Positions 27,803 through 32,000 of a stretch of 32,000 nucleotides of DNA are shown piece after piece. The DNA lies in the NCBI RefSeq assembly GCF_000017945.1, contig NC_009776.1:1260001-1292000 (forward strand), given 5' to 3'. The translations under genes were made by a program, and so were the position numbers. The notes beneath the pieces were generated by a model. That model was not told the origin of the DNA. It saw only the letters and a program-made list of their open reading frames with translations, and ran no database searches. The stretch is from Ignicoccus hospitalis KIN4/I. GTDB taxonomy: Archaea; Thermoproteota; Thermoprotei_A; Sulfolobales; Ignicoccaceae. Numbering within the stretch: position 1 is the stretch's first letter; each line of letters begins with the position of its first letter.

Positions 27803-28185
27803 GCTCCTCTTTTACAAGGCGGATTGTTGGGATCATCTACCTTTATTTTCAGCTTCAAGCACATTTTGGTCAACTCCGAGTAGAATATGCACTCGTGGCA
27901 CGTCCGGGCCTCCTCAGGTTTCTTAAAACCTCCGGCGGGCGGTGGCGCCTCTTCCCTAACTGGCTCTCGACGCGGGGGCGCTTCTTCTGCTTCCTTCCTC
28001 GTCTCAGCGACCTCGGCCTTCTCCTCCTTCGCTCCCGCGTACTGCCGATATATCGGACACTTCTGATAGTGGTCGGAAGTACAAGGGTACTTGAGCGGCG
28101 ACACCTTCTTGTTTATTAGCTTACAGAAGACGGCGAAACCCTTCTTTTCGCCATAAGGACACTTGACCGTCAACTTCGGGCCCAT
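27799..28185 (-). CDS. Two-module Cys-rich protein of unknown function (128 aa)
   Basis: N-terminal module C-x11-C-x13-C-x7-C, charged/proline-rich linker, C-terminal module C-x2-C-x9-C-x14-C. Confidence 0.65.
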   Translation of the reverse strand: MGPKLTVKCPYGEKKGFAVFCKLINKKVSPLKYPCTSDHYQKCPIYRQYAGAKEEKAEVAETRKEAEEAPPRREPVREEAPPPAGGFKKPEEARTCHECIFYSELTKMCLKLKIKVDDPNNPPCKRGA

Positions 28186-28261
28186 TAGGTATCCTTTAGC
28201 ACAAATTATAAAGAGAACAGTAAGTACCGTTGAGCCTATTAACTAAAAAGTCCAGGGACGC

Positions 28262-29323
28262 GTGGGCTTACAACGGCGCGGAAGATTGTTAAGAGCTGAC
28301 GTAGTGTCGACGATATTAGAACGGTTGAGGAAGGCCGGTTATCACATAGTCGGCTCGCACAGCGCAGTAAAGAAGTGCCACTGGACTCACGTAGCCTTGA
28401 CCGAGAGGAGGTTCTGTTATAAGTGTAAGTTCTACGGCATCGCTTCCCATCGCTGTCTACAAATGACCCCGGCCGTCATATGGTGCTGGCTCCGCTGCTT
28501 GCACTGCTGGAGGGCCGAGCCCGGAGACTTGGGCCTCCAGTGGGACGACACCAAGCTCCCCACAGTGGACGACCCGGCCTTCATAGCTGAGAAGAGCATC
28601 GAGGAGCAGAGGAAGATAATCAGCGGCTACAAGGGCCATCCCAAGGTAGATCCGAAGATGTTCGAAGAAGCGATGAACCCGAAACACGTAGCCATAAGCT
28701 TATCTGGAGAACCTACGCTATACCCGAGGCTCTCAGAACTCATCGAAGAGTATTACAAGAGGGGCATGACCACGTTCTTAGTAACCCACGGCGTGAGGCC
28801 CGACGCCTTGGCTGAGCTGGACCCGGAGCCCACGCAGCTATACCTAAGCTTGGAAGCTTGGGACGAGAAGAGCTTCAAGGAGTTCAACCGTCCGGTACTG
28901 CCGGGTCTGTGGAGCGCGGTGCTTCAGAGCTTAGACATCTTGCCGAGCTTCTCCTCCCCAACAGTAATTAGAATAACCTTGGTAAAGGGCTTTAATGACC
29001 ACGAGAGGGCGTTAGAGGGCTTGGCCAAGCTGGTGGAGAGGGGCTACCCGACGTACGTGGAAGTTAAGGCCTACATGAACGTGGGCTACTCTAGGTACAG
29101 GCTCACGAAGGAGAACATGCCCACCCACGCGGAGGTTAGGAGCTTCGCGGAGAGGTTGGCAGAGAAAATAGGATACGACGTCGTCGACGAACAGAGGTCC
29201 AGCAGGGTTGTCCTCTTGTCTAGAATCGGGAAGCCGATAAGGGTCGGCGAGGGCTGTCCCGGCGGGAAAGCCGGGGAGCTGCCGGAGGGTACAGAGTACG
29301 AGCTCAGCGAGCGCGTGAAATGA
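28262..29323 (+). CDS. taw1: tRNA 4-demethylwyosine synthase (radical SAM)
   Basis: CYKCKFYGIASHRCLQMTPAVIWCWLRCLHCWRAE, ISLSGEPTLYPRLSELIEEYYKRGMTTFLVTHG, YLSLEAWDEKSFKEFNRPV. The start could be a later GTG. Confidence 0.93.
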   Translation: MGLQRRGRLLRADVVSTILERLRKAGYHIVGSHSAVKKCHWTHVALTERRFCYKCKFYGIASHRCLQMTPAVIWCWLRCLHCWRAEPGDLGLQWDDTKLPTVDDPAFIAEKSIEEQRKIISGYKGHPKVDPKMFEEAMNPKHVAISLSGEPTLYPRLSELIEEYYKRGMTTFLVTHGVRPDALAELDPEPTQLYLSLEAWDEKSFKEFNRPVLPGLWSAVLQSLDILPSFSSPTVIRITLVKGFNDHERALEGLAKLVERGYPTYVEVKAYMNVGYSRYRLTKENMPTHAEVRSFAERLAEKIGYDVVDEQRSSRVVLLSRIGKPIRVGEGCPGGKAGELPEGTEYELSERVK

Positions 29324-29352
29324 TTTATTAGCTTCATAGAGTGCTCACCGAG

Positions 29353-29431
29353 GGCCCCGTGGCCTAGCCTGGACTAGGGCGCCGGCCTGCGGAGCCGGAG
29401 GTCCCGGGTTCAAATCCCGGCGGGGCCGCCA
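29353..29431 (+). tRNA. tRNA-Arg (anticodon GCG), 3' CCA encoded
   Basis: GGCCCCG...CCGGC-CTGCGGA-GCCGG...CCGGG-TTCAAAT-CCCGG-CGGGGCC-G-CCA. Confidence 0.92.
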
Positions 29432-29490
29432 CGACCAGACAATTACGAGTTGTCCGCCACACGAGGGCCCCACACACCCGCCCGCGAAGC

Positions 29491-29703
29491 GTGTACCGTG
29501 TTTCACATGATACATTTAAGTTGGTTGTTAGAAAGGGGTATCAAAGCCTTCTTGTAAACGAAACTTTTGTGTGCGGTAACATTATCTTTAAGGCTTTACT
29601 CGAGGAGCACAACCGTTTACAAGTCTCGAATCTGCGCTATAACCGACAGCAACGAGTTTACAAAGGGGGACTTAGAAATACAAAAATATTGATAGAGAGG
29701 TAG
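29491..29703 (+). CDS. Doubtful small ORF (70 aa) in an AT-rich spacer
   Basis: Open frame only; a TATA-like ACATTTAAG lies inside it, which argues against this start. Confidence 0.2.
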   Translation: MYRVSHDTFKLVVRKGYQSLLVNETFVCGNIIFKALLEEHNRLQVSNLRYNRQQRVYKGGLRNTKILIER

Positions 29704-29719
29704 ATGATTGAGACGTAAC

Positions 29720-30694
29720 TCATCCTAATGAGGGAAGAGTCTCGTTGCCTACTCCCCCTTCCTTAACGTTCCGTTTTTCGTGTACAGGTTCATGCGCGGG
29801 AGCGCCGGGGCTCGAAGCTAAGGTGTAGAACTCCACTTTCCCCTTTTCTGCTATTGCTATCACTCCCCTAGACCAAGAGAGCGCCGTCGGCTTCCCTTTG
29901 AGGTCCTTCTGGACCAACGCCTCGCCGTTGAGGTCATATACCGTTAACTCGCCCTCTTGCGCAACTGCCACCTTAGAGCAGAAATCGTCGAAGGCGACGA
30001 AGGTCGGCCCGCGGGTCTCCTTTTCTATTATTTTTCCCCGTTCTATCGAGCCCACGACGAAGCCTCCTTCCTTAGAGATCGCTAGGAGCTTTCCACATGT
30101 ATCAATCGACAGGACGACCTCGCCGTAGTCCCCGCTGTCCACGACGTCCCCTTTAAGCGTCAGAGAGTACAACTTGCCTTTCATGTCCCCAAAGATCACT
30201 TCGGCTCGTTCTTGGAGGGGGCTGAAAACGATTTTCAGCGCCAACGGCATCACTCCGTTCAGTCCTTTGTAACCCCAAATCAGTTCGGCTTTTTCGTTTA
30301 CAATGTCTAAATGAAACATTCCTATGTTAAAGTCTGCAAGCGCTGCGAAAGGCCCAATCACGTCTATTGCACCTGTAAAGTCCTCGTCCACTTGCACAGA
30401 AGCCAGAGGCCGTAAGTTCATAGAAAGAGCGTGCACGAAGCCCTTAGTTGTAACGTAGATTATGGAACCGCTTACGTCCATTCCGTATATTTCCTCTCCT
30501 AAATCGTACTCGCCCAAGAGGGCGCCTCTTAGGTCGCTAGTGTATACCTTCCCTTGGTAAGTTGCTATGACAGAGTAACCCTTGCCTATGAATACTTTTA
30601 TCGGGGTACCGTCCACCTCAACCGTCCCGAGTGAGGTCAGGTTGAGCGAGAAGGTCAACAGGCTCAAAGTCAGTAAAACCAGTAAGTGTTTCAC
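29720..30694 (-). CDS. Exported beta-propeller-like protein (WD40/PQQ-like repeats)
   Basis: Signal-like MKHLLVLLTLSLLTFS; recurrent blade-like strands (GKVYTSDLRGALLGEYDL, GKLYSLTLKGDVVDSG, GELTVYDLNGEALVQKDL). Confidence 0.6.
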   Translation of the reverse strand: MKHLLVLLTLSLLTFSLNLTSLGTVEVDGTPIKVFIGKGYSVIATYQGKVYTSDLRGALLGEYDLGEEIYGMDVSGSIIYVTTKGFVHALSMNLRPLASVQVDEDFTGAIDVIGPFAALADFNIGMFHLDIVNEKAELIWGYKGLNGVMPLALKIVFSPLQERAEVIFGDMKGKLYSLTLKGDVVDSGDYGEVVLSIDTCGKLLAISKEGGFVVGSIERGKIIEKETRGPTFVAFDDFCSKVAVAQEGELTVYDLNGEALVQKDLKGKPTALSWSRGVIAIAEKGKVEFYTLASSPGAPAHEPVHEKRNVKEGGVGNETLPSLG

Positions 30695-30786
30695 TACTTG
30701 TGGCCTCCGTCAGTTCAAGCTACGAACTTAGTCCTAAAAAGGGCAAGCCTAACCGGTTAGTTTCCTAACTGCTATAGAAGGGCCTT

Positions 30787-30865
30787 TGGTGCGGCGGCCG
30801 GGATTTGAACCCGGGATCACCGGCTTGGAAGGCCGGCATCCTAGTCCAGGCTAGACGACCGCCGC
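30787..30865 (-). tRNA. tRNA-Gly (anticodon TCC), 3' CCA encoded
   Basis: Minus strand GCGGCGG...CCGGC-CTTCCAA-GCCGG...CCGGG-TTCAAAT-CCCGG-CCGCCGC-A-CCA. Confidence 0.93.
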
Positions 30866-30897
30866 CCGGGGGGCGCTTAACGGAACCTCTTATAAAC

Positions 30898-32000
30898 TTA
30901 TGGCACCAAGCGCTTCATATCCCTCGGGAAGGTGCTGGCGAGCCTCACGTTGGGTATCCCAGCTACCGGGACCATTAGCCTTTGGAGTCCCATTCCCCAA
31001 CCGGCGTGCGGGGGCATCCCGTAGTCGTACCACTTTAAGTACCATTCGAAGTTAGCCGGGTTCAAGCCTCTCTTCTTTAACTCCTCCTCTAGCTCGTTCC
31101 TTCTGTGAATTCTCGTACTCCCGCTGGAGATCTCTAGGTGACGCCAGTTCAAGTCGAAGCTCTCGCTCAAGTCTACCTCCTTCCCGCCTATGACCTCCTT
31201 GCCTCCCCTCTTTGTGTAGAAAGGCCTCACGTCGGCGGGCCAGTCGGTTATGAAATAGAAGCCCCCAGAGGTCTTGCCCTCCCTTTCCAACGCCTCGCTC
31301 AACTTCCTCAGCTCGGGCGTGCCGAAGTCCTCTCCCGGCTCCACTTCCACGCCCTCAGCCTTCAATATTTCCCAAGCCTCCTTGTAGGTTATTCGAGGTA
31401 TTGGGAGGTTCACCTCAGGGGGCTCGTGGCCCAATACCTCCAACCACTTCCTACCCTCATTCTTAACGCTGTCAATTACCCTCTTCACGACGTTTTCTAA
31501 GACTTTCATCACGTCGTTGTAGTCCGCGAACGCCATTTCTACGTCAACAGAAATGAACTCCGCTAGGTGGTAGGGGGTGTCGCTCTCCTCGTGACGCCAC
31601 GCGGGAGCTATTTCGAAAACGTACTCCAGCGAGGAGGTCAGCAGCTCTTTGTAGAGCTGGGGGCTTTGGGCTAAGTAAGCCGTCTTGCCAAAGTAGAAGA
31701 CCGGGACCAGTTGGGCCCCGCCTTCGGTTCCGGAGGCTATTATCTTAGGGGTGAACACCTCGACGAAGTTTAAACTGTACAAGTATTCTCTTATAGCCTT
31801 GGCGCTCAGTGAGACCAGCCTCAACACCGCTTGGCTCTCGGGCCTCCTGAGGTCGATCGGCCTGTTGGCCAGCCTGGTGTCGATGTGTGCGTCGACCTTG
31901 CCCGATACGTCTAAGGGCAAGGGACTCTTGGCTTCGTTTAGAACTTCTATTTCCTCCCCGCTGAGTTCCACGCCTCTTGGGGCCCTGGGGTCCCTCCTAA
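30898..32000 (-). CDS. aspS: Aspartyl/Asx-tRNA synthetase, C-terminal part; gene continues off the right edge
   Basis: [79 protein letters not shown]. The frame stays open upstream of the track start ([31 protein letters not shown]), matching the AspRS linker region. Confidence 0.95.
   Translation of the reverse strand, partial: RRDPRAPRGVELSGEEIEVLNEAKSPLPLDVSGKVDAHIDTRLANRPIDLRRPESQAVLRLVSLSAKAIREYLYSLNFVEVFTPKIIASGTEGGAQLVPVFYFGKTAYLAQSPQLYKELLTSSLEYVFEIAPAWRHEESDTPYHLAEFISVDVEMAFADYNDVMKVLENVVKRVIDSVKNEGRKWLEVLGHEPPEVNLPIPRITYKEAWEILKAEGVEVEPGEDFGTPELRKLSEALEREGKTSGGFYFITDWPADVRPFYTKRGGKEVIGGKEVDLSESFDLNWRHLEISSGSTRIHRRNELEEELKKRGLNPANFEWYLKWYDYGMPPHAGWGMGLQRLMVPVAGIPNVRLASTFPRDMKRLVP

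Noticed and set aside
1-32000. CRISPR arrays, cas genes, transposases, integrases, or a classical defence island
   Set aside because: No regularly spaced direct repeats and no nuclease, transposase or integrase motifs were seen; the HEPN-like fragment alone is not enough.
1-32000. rRNA, SRP RNA or RNase P RNA genes
   Set aside because: Intergenic gaps are mostly under 130 nt, and no characteristic rRNA or SRP sequence was recognised.

Overview
Archaeal chromosomal window. The gene set and style (many GTG/TTG starts, short intergenic gaps, TATA boxes close to start codons) suggest a hyperthermophilic crenarchaeon, plausibly Desulfurococcales/Ignicoccus-like; the organism is an inference. Left to right: carB (runs off the left edge) and carA; a thiolase; lysW and a LysX/ArgX-type ATP-grasp gene; a HIT hydrolase; a prepilin-peptidase-like gene; tRNA-Leu(CAA); a PAPS-reductase-like ATPase; tRNA-Gln(TTG); a truncated ribosomal cluster (uS17-uL14-uL24-eS4-uL5-uS14-uS8); a CBS protein; an NFACT/RqcH homolog; purT; fibrillarin; tRNA-Val(CAC); an exported Cys-containing protein; an e-MtaB/CDKAL1-like methylthiotransferase; a small membrane protein; a thioredoxin-like/CcdA-DsbD-like fusion; thyX; small zinc-ribbon/unknown genes; a Pop5-like RNase P subunit; a wHTH plus two-membrane-protein cassette; a HEPN-like fragment; argH; a double-AAA CDC48/VAT gene; a two-module Cys-rich protein; taw1; tRNA-Arg(GCG); an exported beta-propeller-like protein; tRNA-Gly(TCC); and aspS (runs off the right edge). 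No CRISPR array, transposase or integrase was seen. The supplied ORF track misses lysW and uS14 (too short) and carB (no stop in window), and it truncates aspS. The most interesting leads are: (1) a LysW-type carrier ending EDWGQ rather than EDWGE; (2) a possible envelope thiol-redox neighbourhood at 16.2-20.2 kb whose DsbD-like fusion keeps one Cys in each domain; (3) an unannotatable wHTH + membrane + membrane cassette; (4) a Pop5-like protein with a hydrophobic N-terminal extension; and (5) a two-module Cys-rich protein convergent with cdc48. None of these is shown to be a new system by sequence alone.
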